Origin: Anaerolineaceae bacterium
GTDB lineage: Bacteria > Chloroflexota > Anaerolineae > Anaerolineales > UBA11657
Direction of reading: 5' to 3'
DNA length: 64,000 nucleotides
Assembly: GCA_003569365.1 (NCBI GenBank)
Contig: BGOS01000003.1
Location: 192,315-256,314 of the forward strand
Shown here: piece by piece, positions 1-9,423 of the stretch
Layout: each line of letters starts with the position of its first letter
Position numbering within the stretch: the first letter of the stretch is position 1
Notes under the pieces: generated by a model
The model's database searches: none
Seen by the model: only the letters and a program-made list of their open reading frames with translations
Told to the model about the DNA's origin: nothing
Made by a program: the position numbers and the translations under genes

Positions 1-1529
1 GCGGTTTCGATGTAGTGCGAGACCAGCGCAGCTAGCAGTCCGGCAGCTGTAAGCACGATGGCGGGGTCGCTCACACGTTGAGAAGTGCCACCGAGCGCAC
101 TCCACGTAAGAAACCCGCCAGTGCCCCCAAGAATGCCGAGCGGGATTGCAATGCCAATAAATTCTGGTCCTTGAGTGATCCACAGCGCGGCACTTGCAAA
201 CATGCCGCCGGTTGTGCCGGAGATCCAGAAGACGTTGCGGCGTTGGGTCGTGGCAATTAGCCCAAGGCTCTGCATGGCGGTGAAGAGTACGCTGCCGAGC
301 AGTGCGAGATGCGCGACGAGGCCGAGCGCGCCGCCGGTGACCAGCACATCGAGCGTTTCGTTATGGGCGCGGTCAGGCATTTGCGCGCGGCCAAAACTTG
401 GTTGTGAGAACGCCTGCACACCTAGGTCGAATACTTCGGGGCCGTATCCGATCCAAGCGCGCAGTTGGTTTCGGGTGTCAATCTCACCGCTTGGGTATTT
501 AATTGGCGCACGCGGGCTGACTGCCTGCCATGCACTTTGCCAAATTAGGATGCGGCCACTGCTGCTGGTGTCCTGCTTGTCCAAAAGGTGGGCGTACCGC
601 GTAAGGGTGCGACTGTTGCGCAAGCCGGACAGGATTGGGAGGTTCAGATTGAGAACGAGCAATGAGACGGCGCCAGCGGCGCCGATAGCAATGAGGGCCG
701 TTGTGTAGCGGCGCTGCCCGGTGGCAGCGAGCAGCGCGAGGCCGCCAAGCACTGTGCCGCCAAGCCATGCCAGTGCGGGTCCGCGGCTGCCGGTGTACAA
801 CATTGCGATCAACGCAAGCACTACCGCAAGCAGGTCAATTGCAAGCGTGCCAATGTGCCAAGCGTGGTTGTTCTGTTCGGCTTTTAAGTGTTGCCATGAT
901 TGGGACGCACTTACAAGGGCAAGCGGCAGAACCATTACGAAGTATGCGCCCGCAAAAATGGGATTGCCCAAGGTGGTGATGATGCGGTCCCGCAACTGAT
1001 AGTTCCACAGGACGCTGTCTGCGCCGAAGTGCTGCCCGATGCCAAAGAGCGAGATGGGCAGGCTGGTTACAACCGCGACTTGAAATAAGCGCTGCATTTG
1101 AGCAGGGGTGCGCAGCCAGGCGGCGGTGACTGCAAACAGCAAAACGTAGCCGAGCAGTGCGAGCACTCCCTGTGAGCGCAAGTAGGAACCCCAAAAGGAG
1201 ATGCGCGGGGACAGGGAAAAGATGTTGCTGATTAGCGCTGCGCATACCGTGAATGCTGTTGCGGCCGCGAGAGGGTGGGCCATTGCGGCAAGCCACTTGC
1301 GCGGGTTGGCAAGGGAGGTGGCATTTGTGAGGACGCCGGCGAGCACCACTCCCAGAGTCAAAAGCGCAATTGAGCGCACTATGGCGCCCTTGTCCGGCTC
1401 AAAGATGTTTTGTGAATGCGCGTTGTAAAACAGCGGTGCCAGGATGAGGGCAAACAACCAGCCAGATTCCAGCAGGGTTCCGGATACGCGCATCAGGCGC
1501 AAGTTGGCGGGTGTGGGATTGCGCGTCAT
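1..1529 (-). CDS. O-antigen-ligase (Wzy_C)-like polytopic membrane protein, 5' part only; the gene continues past the left window edge (third tandem paralog)
   Basis: Absent from the ORF track because it is open at the window edge. My manual minus-strand translation from ATG (1529..1527) is stop-free to nt 1: MTRNPTPANLRLMRVSGTLLESGWLFALILAPLFYN..IFEPDK..TLGNPIFAGAYF..YTGSRGPALAWL..IGYGPEVF..PDRAHNETLD. The motif order matches ORFs 4663..7803 and 2760..4679. The start overlaps the upstream stop as ATGA (1526..1529). Confidence 0.75.
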   Translation of the reverse strand, partial: MTRNPTPANLRLMRVSGTLLESGWLFALILAPLFYNAHSQNIFEPDKGAIVRSIALLTLGVVLAGVLTNATSLANPRKWLAAMAHPLAAATAFTVCAALISNIFSLSPRISFWGSYLRSQGVLALLGYVLLFAVTAAWLRTPAQMQRLFQVAVVTSLPISLFGIGQHFGADSVLWNYQLRDRIITTLGNPIFAGAYFVMVLPLALVSASQSWQHLKAEQNNHAWHIGTLAIDLLAVVLALIAMLYTGSRGPALAWLGGTVLGGLALLAATGQRRYTTALIAIGAAGAVSLLVLNLNLPILSGLRNSRTLTRYAHLLDKQDTSSSGRILIWQSAWQAVSPRAPIKYPSGEIDTRNQLRAWIGYGPEVFDLGVQAFSQPSFGRAQMPDRAHNETLDVLVTGGALGLVAHLALLGSVLFTAMQSLGLIATTQRRNVFWISGTTGGMFASAALWITQGPEFIGIAIPLGILGGTGGFLTWSALGGTSQRVSDPAIVLTAAGLLAALVSHYIET

Positions 1530-2857
1530 GGGTGCGGGTTGGCCAGAAGCTGTGCCGCGCTGGCCGCCTGCAGCTGGAGCAGAAGTTCGTGCTCAGCCGC
1601 TGGGGCGGTGGCAAGTGCGAGTGCGGCATGCTTGCCAGCTGGTTCGGGTTGCTGCAGCGACATGTACAGCTGTGCGAGGGTGCGGTGCACCGTCCATGGC
1701 TTGAACTTGGCGGCGCTTCCGGGTTGATCGTCATTTTCTGGCGTTGCGTCGGTGGCTAGCGGTTCACTGATGACTTGTTCAAAGATATCGGCGGCAATTT
1801 TGTAGTCAGCGCTTTGCGTGGATGCGGCGCTGCTTGCCGCACCGCGCTGCAGCCAAAGATTGCCAAGCAGCAGTTTGATTTCCGCAGCCGAGGTGCCAAC
1901 CGGATTGACGAGCGCCGCGCTGTAGAAAGACAGCGCATCATCGAAATCGCTGCTGGTTGCTTGTGGACTGAGGGCGCGGGCAGCGGAGACATTGCCGAGC
2001 AGCACAAGCGAGCGGGAGTTCGTGGGATCTTCGTTCAGGGCGCGCTTAAGTTTTTCGGCGGCCGCAGCATAGTCATGAAATACTTCGTAATCCAGCACGG
2101 CCCAGTTTTGCCACCAGCGTGCGTCATGCGGGTTGAGCCGCAAGGCAGCTGCCGAGTAGTTGTCGGAGCGATTGGCGATGGCGTTGCGGTCGGTCGGGTC
2201 TTCAGTATCTTGTGCCATATCAAAGTTCAGGCGCGCCAGGCTGATCAGGTGGTTTGGATTGAACGGGCTGATTTGCAGGGCACGCTCCAAACTTGCGCGC
2301 GCAATGGCACGCATGCCGGCGCGCTCGCCTTGGCTCGCTTGGCTGCGCGCCGCAAGGAGCGCGGTGCGCCCGTGCAGATACCAATACTCGTCTTCGCGTG
2401 GCGCGAGTTCTGTGGCTTCGGCGAGCAGTGCGAGTGCTTTAGCTGGCGTTGCAGCCTGCACCAGATTGCGGTGGGCATCTGCTGCGCGTGATCCAATATA
2501 GATTGCGGTAAGTGCTACGCCAAGTGCCAGGAAGCCCGCGAGTGGCGCGAGCACAACGGTTGCCGGAGTGGAGTTTCGGTTGGGCAGCTCACGGATGGCC
2601 AGCGCAAGGCCAAGCCCCGCTGTGACCAGCACAACCCAGGCTGCAAAAGAATATATGGATGCGCTGCGGGTTGCTGCTATGTTCAGAATTGCATCAGTCT
2701 CCGGGAGGGAAGGCGGGTTCAGGCGAAGTTGGTTCCATGCGAAATACATGAGCGGCAGGCTAAGGCCAATTACAAGCATGGCGCGCAGCTGCGTGGCAGA
2801 TGCAGCGTGGCCAAGTGCGATTGCTGCGGCTGTGGCGGCACATGCAAGCAGCAGCAA
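1526..2857 (-). CDS. Transmembrane + TPR-repeat segment; probably the 3' half of a frameshifted Wzy_C-TPR gene whose 5' half is 2760..4679
   Basis: 443-aa ORF with a non-ATG (TTG) start and no independent RBS. Hydrophobic N-terminal third, then TPR-like helical repeats (EDEYWYLHGRTALL..., NPHDARWWQNWAVLDYE...). Colinear with the C-terminal half of the intact 1046-aa paralog. Confidence 0.7.
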   Translation of the reverse strand: MLLLACAATAAAIALGHAASATQLRAMLVIGLSLPLMYFAWNQLRLNPPSLPETDAILNIAATRSASIYSFAAWVVLVTAGLGLALAIRELPNRNSTPATVVLAPLAGFLALGVALTAIYIGSRAADAHRNLVQAATPAKALALLAEATELAPREDEYWYLHGRTALLAARSQASQGERAGMRAIARASLERALQISPFNPNHLISLARLNFDMAQDTEDPTDRNAIANRSDNYSAAALRLNPHDARWWQNWAVLDYEVFHDYAAAAEKLKRALNEDPTNSRSLVLLGNVSAARALSPQATSSDFDDALSFYSAALVNPVGTSAAEIKLLLGNLWLQRGAASSAASTQSADYKIAADIFEQVISEPLATDATPENDDQPGSAAKFKPWTVHRTLAQLYMSLQQPEPAGKHAALALATAPAAEHELLLQLQAASAAQLLANPHP

Positions 2858-4679
2858 GCACCGAGGCCGGTGCGGTGGAATTTATTCCAACCCCGGGGGT
2901 AAGAAAGCCAAAGATTAGTGTGGTGCTGGCAAGCACAGCCGGCAGTGCTAATTCAGCACCGATGGCTCCGGCACGGGCAGGCGCGGCAGCAGATTCCCGT
3001 TTTGCAATATTCTTTGCGGTTGGTTTAACTTCAGGCTGTGCTTCTTGGGTCGGCTGCCGCAGTTGCTCCCAGTTCCAAATTAATACCGCCAGCATTATGA
3101 AGTGCAGGTCGGTAGCTACAGTGGCGATTCCAAATTGGGCCTCCACAAAATGCGCCAGGGCTGCGCCGGCAAATCCTGCAAGTAGTACATCGGCGGGCTG
3201 CGCAGGCCGCGGAGCCAAGAAGGCGCTGAGCACTGGGAACATTAACGTGCCAGCTGCGAGGCCGAGTGCTACGGCAACGGCTGCCAATTCAGGGATGCGC
3301 AGCAGCAAGATTGTTAGCAGTCCAGCAGCAGCGCCGGTGATCTGCAGGGTCCAAAGCCCATAGCGGCTCTTCGAACTGTTAATGAACCCCATGTTTAGGA
3401 GCAGCTTGTTAGCAAGCGATGCCCACAGGAGGTACAGTGCAGCCGCGCCGATGATGCCGGTGGCGAGCAGTGTGTCCCAAAGTATGTTGTGCGCGCGGTC
3501 GGAGAACAGCGCGTTGTGGAATTCGGTGCGGTAGGAGGGCGCAAGCACAAAGCCGGCAGTCTCGGGCCCGTAGCCGATCAGAAGGCGCAGCCAGCTCCAG
3601 CGATCAATGCTGCCGTCGGCGTAGATTAGCGGCGGAGTTGTCGTCAGCGCTGCTTGGGCGCGGTGCCATGTTTCCAGGCGCAGACTTGTGCCGGCTTCGG
3701 TGCGGTTGGTGGTGTCCCACAGATGTGCGATGCGGCCAAGGTAAGGTTCGTCGCGCAGTGTTTCGAGCGGTCCATTTGGCATGTTGAGCGCCAGCACTGA
3801 CAGCAGGCCAGCAACAACAAGACTAAACAGTGCGAACAGAACCTTGCGGTTGTTGACAGCAGCGGCCTGACAGATGGCCATGAATAAAAGTCCAGCGGCG
3901 AGTCCCAGCCATGGTCCGCGGCTGCCGGTAAACCAAATTGCCTCCAGCTGCGCAGCAGCAGACACCACATGCAGTGTGGCATATGCCAGCTGGCGTCCGC
4001 GTGCGCTGCCGCCGCGCAGCAGTTGGAGCGCGCGTGCGATTGTGACGGGCAGGGTGAGCACCAGGTAAGCGCCCAAAAAGATCGGGTTGCCTTGCGTAGA
4101 GGAGACCCGGTCTGCAAGAAACGATTTGCCCCACTCGGCAGGGTCGAGTCCGAGGTGCTGAAAAATTCCGTAAAGCGCAGTTACAGTTGCAGCCAGAACA
4201 ATTGTGTCCAGCAGACGCTGCACTTGGGCGTGCCGACGCAGGCCAACGCATTGTGCAACCAACACTGCGAGCAGGCATAATTCATAGAGTGTTCCGTGGG
4301 CGCGCAAGTAGGAGCCGTTCCAGCTGACTTGTGGTGCGATGGATAGAGCAGTGCTGATGAGCAGCGCACCTGCGATGCCGGCGTAGGCCGGCGGGATAAC
4401 GGCTGCTGCGCCGGCGGCGGTTGTAGTTTGCCCGGAGTAGCGCCAGACACTGACGCGCAGCAGCAGTGCGGCAAGCAGCATGCCCGCTAGGACTTGAAAC
4501 AGCGCAATTTTGTCCGGCTCGAAGATTGTGAAGGTGTGCAGGTTGAAGTGCAGTGCAACCACTACGATAGATGCGAGCCAACTTGCTTCAGCAATCCCAT
4601 CTGCAATTGCGGCCAGAGCGGCGGGCAGATTTGGGATGCGGTTGTGCGGTTTATTCACAGGGTTATTTTGCGGGCGCAA
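2760..4679 (-). CDS. O-antigen-ligase (Wzy_C)-like polytopic membrane protein, 5' part of the middle paralog
   Basis: 639-aa ORF. Motifs FEPDK, QGNPIFLGAYL, FTGSRGPWLGL, IGYGPETAG, SDRAHNILWD. The last ~20 aa (CMCRHSRSNRTWPRCICHAAARHACNWP) look out of frame. TTG start at 4679 (a GTG at 4658 is also possible) overlaps the upstream gene. Confidence 0.75.
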   Translation of the reverse strand: MRPQNNPVNKPHNRIPNLPAALAAIADGIAEASWLASIVVVALHFNLHTFTIFEPDKIALFQVLAGMLLAALLLRVSVWRYSGQTTTAAGAAAVIPPAYAGIAGALLISTALSIAPQVSWNGSYLRAHGTLYELCLLAVLVAQCVGLRRHAQVQRLLDTIVLAATVTALYGIFQHLGLDPAEWGKSFLADRVSSTQGNPIFLGAYLVLTLPVTIARALQLLRGGSARGRQLAYATLHVVSAAAQLEAIWFTGSRGPWLGLAAGLLFMAICQAAAVNNRKVLFALFSLVVAGLLSVLALNMPNGPLETLRDEPYLGRIAHLWDTTNRTEAGTSLRLETWHRAQAALTTTPPLIYADGSIDRWSWLRLLIGYGPETAGFVLAPSYRTEFHNALFSDRAHNILWDTLLATGIIGAAALYLLWASLANKLLLNMGFINSSKSRYGLWTLQITGAAAGLLTILLLRIPELAAVAVALGLAAGTLMFPVLSAFLAPRPAQPADVLLAGFAGAALAHFVEAQFGIATVATDLHFIMLAVLIWNWEQLRQPTQEAQPEVKPTAKNIAKRESAAAPARAGAIGAELALPAVLASTTLIFGFLTPGVGINSTAPASVLAAACMCRHSRSNRTWPRCICHAAARHACNWP

Positions 4680-7600
4680 GTTCGTTGATCATGCCCGCAA
4701 AGTAGGCTTGTTCAGATTGCGGTGCGCCAGCCTGGGCTGCCTGTGCGGCCGCAAGCGCAGCCGGTTTGTTGCCGAGGCCAAAATAGAGCTGTGCGAGTGT
4801 GCGTTGCACCATCCAAGGCGTGAACTCGCGCGCTGCTTGGCCGCTGGCCGCTTGTTCTGCAAGCCCGCGCTCAAAGAATGCGATTGCGGTGGTTGCGTGT
4901 TGTGCGGATTGCGCCGGCTGCAAAGTGCTGCGCTGGACGTACAGGTTGCCTTGCAGAACATTGGTTGCGGCAAGATCGCTGCCGGATTGGAGGCTTGCGG
5001 CCACAGCAAACTCGTCTTGCGCCTCTTCAAAGGCATCCGTTGTGAGGGCTGCTTTGGCTTCCGCAACCCTGCCCAGCTTTATGTGCGTCTTTGCCAAGTC
5101 CTGCGGCTTTTTTTGCAGAGCCAATGCATTGCGGTATGCGGCCGTGGCATCTGCCAAGTGCTTGCCAGCTGCAGTGGTGTCAATTGTTGCGTGCGCCAGA
5201 TGCATGTCTCCAAGGGCGAGGTGCGTGCTGTCGAAGGCCGGGTCGAGCGCGAGGGATTGTGCAAGCTTGGCTTGCGCGGCACTGAAATCGCCGCGTGTTG
5301 CGTATTCAAACCGGGCCCAATCGTTCCAAAGATAAACGTTTGCGGGAGTGACCCAGGTGGCACTCTCAAATGCAGCGGTAGCCTGAGCCGCTTTGGACGG
5401 TTCGTCAGTTGCCCAGTCATGATAGAGGCGGGCTAGTGTTACGGCAGCATCGGCGCCGAACGGCCGGGCTTGGATTGCGGTGCGCAAGGCCGCCTCGGCT
5501 GCGATGCGGTGCGGGTTGCGTTCTGCCGGCGTGGCATTTTGCTGCGCAATGCGGCGCTGCAGCTGGCCTACGCGATACCAGTAGTCCGGCTCGGCGGCGT
5601 GCAATTGCGTCAGCTGCGTGAACAAGCCCAGCGCCGGTTCGAGGCGGTTGTTTGCCTCCAAGGTTTGCGCGTGCTTCGATGTCATCTCGGCTTGCGCGCT
5701 GCCAACATCCGTTTGCCAGCCAAGGCCAGCCGCAAACAGGAAGCCGAGGGCGGTGGTAGCGCCGGCGAATGTGGTGGAGTGCAGCGCTGATACTTTTTGG
5801 CTTTGACTGAGAGCGAGCGAGATTGCTGCCGCGACTGCCCACACGATCAGGTTGTAGGCAGTGAAAAACGACTGGTAAGTAGAGTCGATGCGCAAGGCAT
5901 CCACTGCGGTGGTGGCAGCTGGCTGCGCCAGTGCACCGAGCGCAGCGTTGTAGATTGTAAAAATGACCAGCGTACTTGATGCAATTAGCAGGGCACGCCA
6001 GTAGTCAGCCCACGTGCGGGCAAGCAGCGCAGCGGAACTGAGGGCGGCGAGTAACATGAGGGTAATGATCAACGCGCCTTGTTCTGCCACGCGTTGGCGG
6101 CTGATCGCAAAGTCTGCAATCAATGTTGTACAGATCAACAAGGTGATGAGTCCGGGTACCAGCCATTGTGTAATTATGTTTAGCGGAGCAGATTTTTTTG
6201 CATCCTTCTTTCGGGCAGGTGTGCTTGCGGCAAGGGGGGCGGAGGGGGCGATCGGGGAGAGCGAGCAGAGAAGGGCAACCAGAGTCCAGAACAGTAGCTG
6301 GGTGGTGATGGTTGGAATGCCCACCTGCACTTCAATAAAGTGAGCCGCGAGGGTTCCGAGGACGGCGCTGGCGAGGAGGCGGTCTTCAGTTGGGTTGGTG
6401 TGGTTGCTTGTGTTCGGGGCGGATGCACAGTAAACAGCTGCTCCGGCAACCAGCCCAATCCCGCATGCGGGCGCCACGTAAGACACATCGAAAATAATGT
6501 ACGCAGCCGCGCCCATTGCGATTCCGCCACTGGTGGTGAGCAACAGCAGCATCAGCGTAGCGCTGCGATCGGGGAGCAACCCGGCTGTGCGCATGCCGAG
6601 TACCAGAATGGCTGCCCACATAAACAGCGTGGCAGCGAGCCCCAGCCCGCCGGAAGTAACAAGGGCGTCGAGCAGTAAGTTGTGGGCGCGGTCCGGGAAT
6701 ACATCGCGACCGATGGCATTGTCGTAAACAAGTTCAAAGGCGGGGCCAAATGTTTCCGGCCCGTAGCCTACCAAAGGCCGAATGGCTTGTAGCGCATCTG
6801 CGCCACCAGTGGCAAAGCGAATTGGGGTGCGGGCTGTGGCGAGGCGCAGTGCGCCGCGCCAGATGCGGCTGCGGCCGCTGGTGCTGGTGTCTTCGCTATT
6901 TAGCATGTTGGCGAGCCGCTGCAGGGGCGCGACTGTGCGCAGAGGTTGCAGTGGGCCATTGGGAATGTTGAGCACCGTAATGAAGATGGCACCAGCTGCC
7001 AGCGTTGCGAGCAGCGCGAGCGCCCATGCCCGCCGGCCGGCTTGGCGAAATTGGATCAGCAGCATGAAGCCCACGCCACAAAGCGCAGCCAGCAGTGGTC
7101 CGCGACTTCCGGTCCACCAAAGCGCTACGCTTTGGAGTGCCAGCAGCGTGGCGTATAAAAATCCGCGTGCATTGCGTGCCTGCCAAAGCGGGACGGCACA
7201 CGCGAGAGTAAGCGGCATGGCCATTCCCAAAAATGCGCCGGCAAAAATCGGGTTGCCAAGGGTGCTGATGATGCGCAGGCTGAGGTCATACTCCCACAGC
7301 GCAGGCTCAAATCCAAAGTGCTGTGCAATGCCATGCACGGAGACGACGCAACTGGCAGCGAGCAGTGCGCCAATCAAGCGTTGCTGCTGGGCAGGCTGGC
7401 GCAGTTCGGTGCCTACCGCCAGTGCGACAACAAGCAATGCGAGCAGCGTGTAGGTGCCGTTGTTGCGGCTGAGCGATCCAAAGAAACTCAGGCGCGGATC
7501 AATAGAGAGCGCGGTACTGAGCAGGGTTGCCATGATGAGCACAACTACGGGCGCCAGCAGTGGAGTTGTGCGCAGTTGCTGCCAGCGCGGCAGCCGGCTG

Positions 7601-7803
7601 GCGCGGGCAGCCTGCAGTGCCAGCCAAGCAGCCAGCATGAGCAGCGCCAATGCGCGCAGCACCGCGGTTTTGTCGTAATCGAACATGCCCGCAGAGAACG
7701 GGTTGTAGTAGAGCGGGACTACGACAAGCGCCACCAGCCAGCCGGCTTCAAGGAATCCGGAGCAGAACTGGGCAGCTCGCGTAGGGGCCGCGGAGCCAGC
7801 CAT
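4663..7803 (-). CDS. Giant O-antigen-ligase (Wzy_C)-like membrane protein with C-terminal TPR repeats (intact paralog, 1046 aa)
   Basis: Long ORF with ATG start and many predicted TM segments. Motifs FDYDK, LGNPIFAGAFL, WTGSRGPLLAAL, VGYGPETFG, PDRAHNLLLD. The C-terminal ~330 aa are TPR-like (EPDYWYRVGQL, YLWNDWARFEY). Confidence 0.85.
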   Translation of the reverse strand: MAGSAAPTRAAQFCSGFLEAGWLVALVVVPLYYNPFSAGMFDYDKTAVLRALALLMLAAWLALQAARASRLPRWQQLRTTPLLAPVVVLIMATLLSTALSIDPRLSFFGSLSRNNGTYTLLALLVVALAVGTELRQPAQQQRLIGALLAASCVVSVHGIAQHFGFEPALWEYDLSLRIISTLGNPIFAGAFLGMAMPLTLACAVPLWQARNARGFLYATLLALQSVALWWTGSRGPLLAALCGVGFMLLIQFRQAGRRAWALALLATLAAGAIFITVLNIPNGPLQPLRTVAPLQRLANMLNSEDTSTSGRSRIWRGALRLATARTPIRFATGGADALQAIRPLVGYGPETFGPAFELVYDNAIGRDVFPDRAHNLLLDALVTSGGLGLAATLFMWAAILVLGMRTAGLLPDRSATLMLLLLTTSGGIAMGAAAYIIFDVSYVAPACGIGLVAGAAVYCASAPNTSNHTNPTEDRLLASAVLGTLAAHFIEVQVGIPTITTQLLFWTLVALLCSLSPIAPSAPLAASTPARKKDAKKSAPLNIITQWLVPGLITLLICTTLIADFAISRQRVAEQGALIITLMLLAALSSAALLARTWADYWRALLIASSTLVIFTIYNAALGALAQPAATTAVDALRIDSTYQSFFTAYNLIVWAVAAAISLALSQSQKVSALHSTTFAGATTALGFLFAAGLGWQTDVGSAQAEMTSKHAQTLEANNRLEPALGLFTQLTQLHAAEPDYWYRVGQLQRRIAQQNATPAERNPHRIAAEAALRTAIQARPFGADAAVTLARLYHDWATDEPSKAAQATAAFESATWVTPANVYLWNDWARFEYATRGDFSAAQAKLAQSLALDPAFDSTHLALGDMHLAHATIDTTAAGKHLADATAAYRNALALQKKPQDLAKTHIKLGRVAEAKAALTTDAFEEAQDEFAVAASLQSGSDLAATNVLQGNLYVQRSTLQPAQSAQHATTAIAFFERGLAEQAASGQAAREFTPWMVQRTLAQLYFGLGNKPAALAAAQAAQAGAPQSEQAYFAGMINELAPAK

Positions 7804-7916
7804 GCGGTGATGATAACCAATCGACGGCGTGGGCGGCTTTTGATTTTGTAAAGGTGAAGTTAATTCGGCGTGGCGACGCGTGGAATGCCACGCTTTGCGC
7901 GGTGTAAACTTGGCGC

Positions 7917-9317
7917 GTGGCGATGCTATTTGCGCGCAATGCAGCGCTGCTGGTTACGATGGACGATGCGCGCCGTGAGATAGCGGGCGGTGCCTTGGTA
8001 GTGCGGGACGGCTGGATAGATGCGGTTGGCCCCTCGGAAATGTTTGCGGTTGAGCCGGGAGCGACAGTATTGGATCTTACGGGGCACATTGTGATCCCCG
8101 GATTAGTGAATACGCACCATCATCTTTATCAAACGCTTACGCGCGCAGTGCCGGCTGCGCAGAACGCCAACTTGTTTGGCTGGCTGAAAACGCTCTATCC
8201 AATCTGGGCGCGCATGGGTCCGGACGCTGTATACACAAGTGCGTTGGTGGGAATGGCGGAGCTGCTGCTTTCCGGATGCACAACCATCAGCGACCATTTG
8301 TACATGTTTCCCAATGGCGCGCGGCTGGATGATGAAGTGCGCGCAGCGCAGGAGATTGGTGTGCGCTTTCACGCCTCGCGCGGCTCAATGAGCCTGGGCG
8401 AATCGCAGGGTGGCCTGCCGCCTGATCGCGTGGTGGAGCGCGAGCCGGCAATACTGCGCGATTGTCTGCGGGTGATCGAGCAGTTTCATGATCCCAAGCC
8501 GGGCTCAATGCTGCGCGTGGTTGTGGCGCCGTGTTCTCCCTTTTCTGTCAGTGCCGGCTTGATGCGCGAGTCGGTTGAACTGGCGCGCAGTCACGGCGTG
8601 CAGCTGCACACGCATCTGGCCGAAACGCTGGATGAGGAACTTTTTTGCGAACAGAAGTTTGGGCACCGGCCAGTGGCTTATGCCGAGGAGCTGGGTTGGA
8701 CGGGGCCGGATGTATGGTTTGCGCATATGGTGCACGTGAGTGCGCGCGAAATTCCGTTGCTGGCGCAGGCAGGCTGCGGGCTCGCTCATTGCCCGTCGTC
8801 GAACATGCGGCTCGCGTCAGGCATTGCGCCAATTATGGACTATCGGCGGGCGGGCGTGAAGGTGGGTTTGGGTGTGGATGGATCTGCATCCAATGATGGC
8901 AACCACATGTTGCTGGAGGCGCGGCAGGCCATGTTGTTGGCGCGCTTGAAGCTGGCTGAGGACGAACGGCAGGCGCATGCCAGCGGCGCCAAGAGCGCAG
9001 CGGCACCGCAGATGACGGCGCGCGAGGCGCTGGAGATTGCAACGCTCGGCGGCGCAAGTGTGTTGGGCCGCACGGACATTGGCGCGCTTGCGCCCGGCAT
9101 GTGCGGTGATTTTGTGGCGTACAAACTGGACCGGCTGGCTTTTGCCGGCGCACAAGCAGATCCTTTGGCTGCGCTTTTGTTTTGCGCGCCGCAGCAGCCG
9201 GATGTGGTGGTTGTAAATGGACGGGTGCTTGTGCAGGATGGACAGCTGACTACGATTGACCTGCCACCTGTGATTGAGCGGCACAACCGGATTTCGATGG
9301 AGATGATTAACGGGTGA
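7917..9317 (+). CDS. Amidohydrolase-superfamily deaminase, 8-oxoguanine deaminase / SsnA-like
   Basis: 466 aa. Motifs IPGLVNTHHHLYQTLTR (HxH metal site), LHTHLAETLDE, AHCPSSNMRLASG, GLGVDGSASND. From memory it is colinear over nearly its full length with 8-oxoguanine deaminase-type enzymes. Start is GTG 7917 or ATG 7923. Confidence 0.85.
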   Translation: MAMLFARNAALLVTMDDARREIAGGALVVRDGWIDAVGPSEMFAVEPGATVLDLTGHIVIPGLVNTHHHLYQTLTRAVPAAQNANLFGWLKTLYPIWARMGPDAVYTSALVGMAELLLSGCTTISDHLYMFPNGARLDDEVRAAQEIGVRFHASRGSMSLGESQGGLPPDRVVEREPAILRDCLRVIEQFHDPKPGSMLRVVVAPCSPFSVSAGLMRESVELARSHGVQLHTHLAETLDEELFCEQKFGHRPVAYAEELGWTGPDVWFAHMVHVSAREIPLLAQAGCGLAHCPSSNMRLASGIAPIMDYRRAGVKVGLGVDGSASNDGNHMLLEARQAMLLARLKLAEDERQAHASGAKSAAAPQMTAREALEIATLGGASVLGRTDIGALAPGMCGDFVAYKLDRLAFAGAQADPLAALLFCAPQQPDVVVVNGRVLVQDGQLTTIDLPPVIERHNRISMEMING

Positions 9318-9423
9318 CGCGGGTGGGCACGATGCGTGTCGGAGCCGGTTGGCGGTGCTTGACATACGCTATGATTGAGATGCGAGCGGCGGTGATCTGC
9401 CAGTTTGCCAGGGAGGATCTTAG

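Noticed and set aside
4510-5436. 308-aa plus-strand ORF inside the 1046-aa Wzy_C-TPR gene, and similar ORFs at 38687..39613, 40602..41405 and 49918..50922
   Set aside because: Cys/Arg/Gly-rich translations opposite genes with clear family motifs. Rejected as shadow ORFs.
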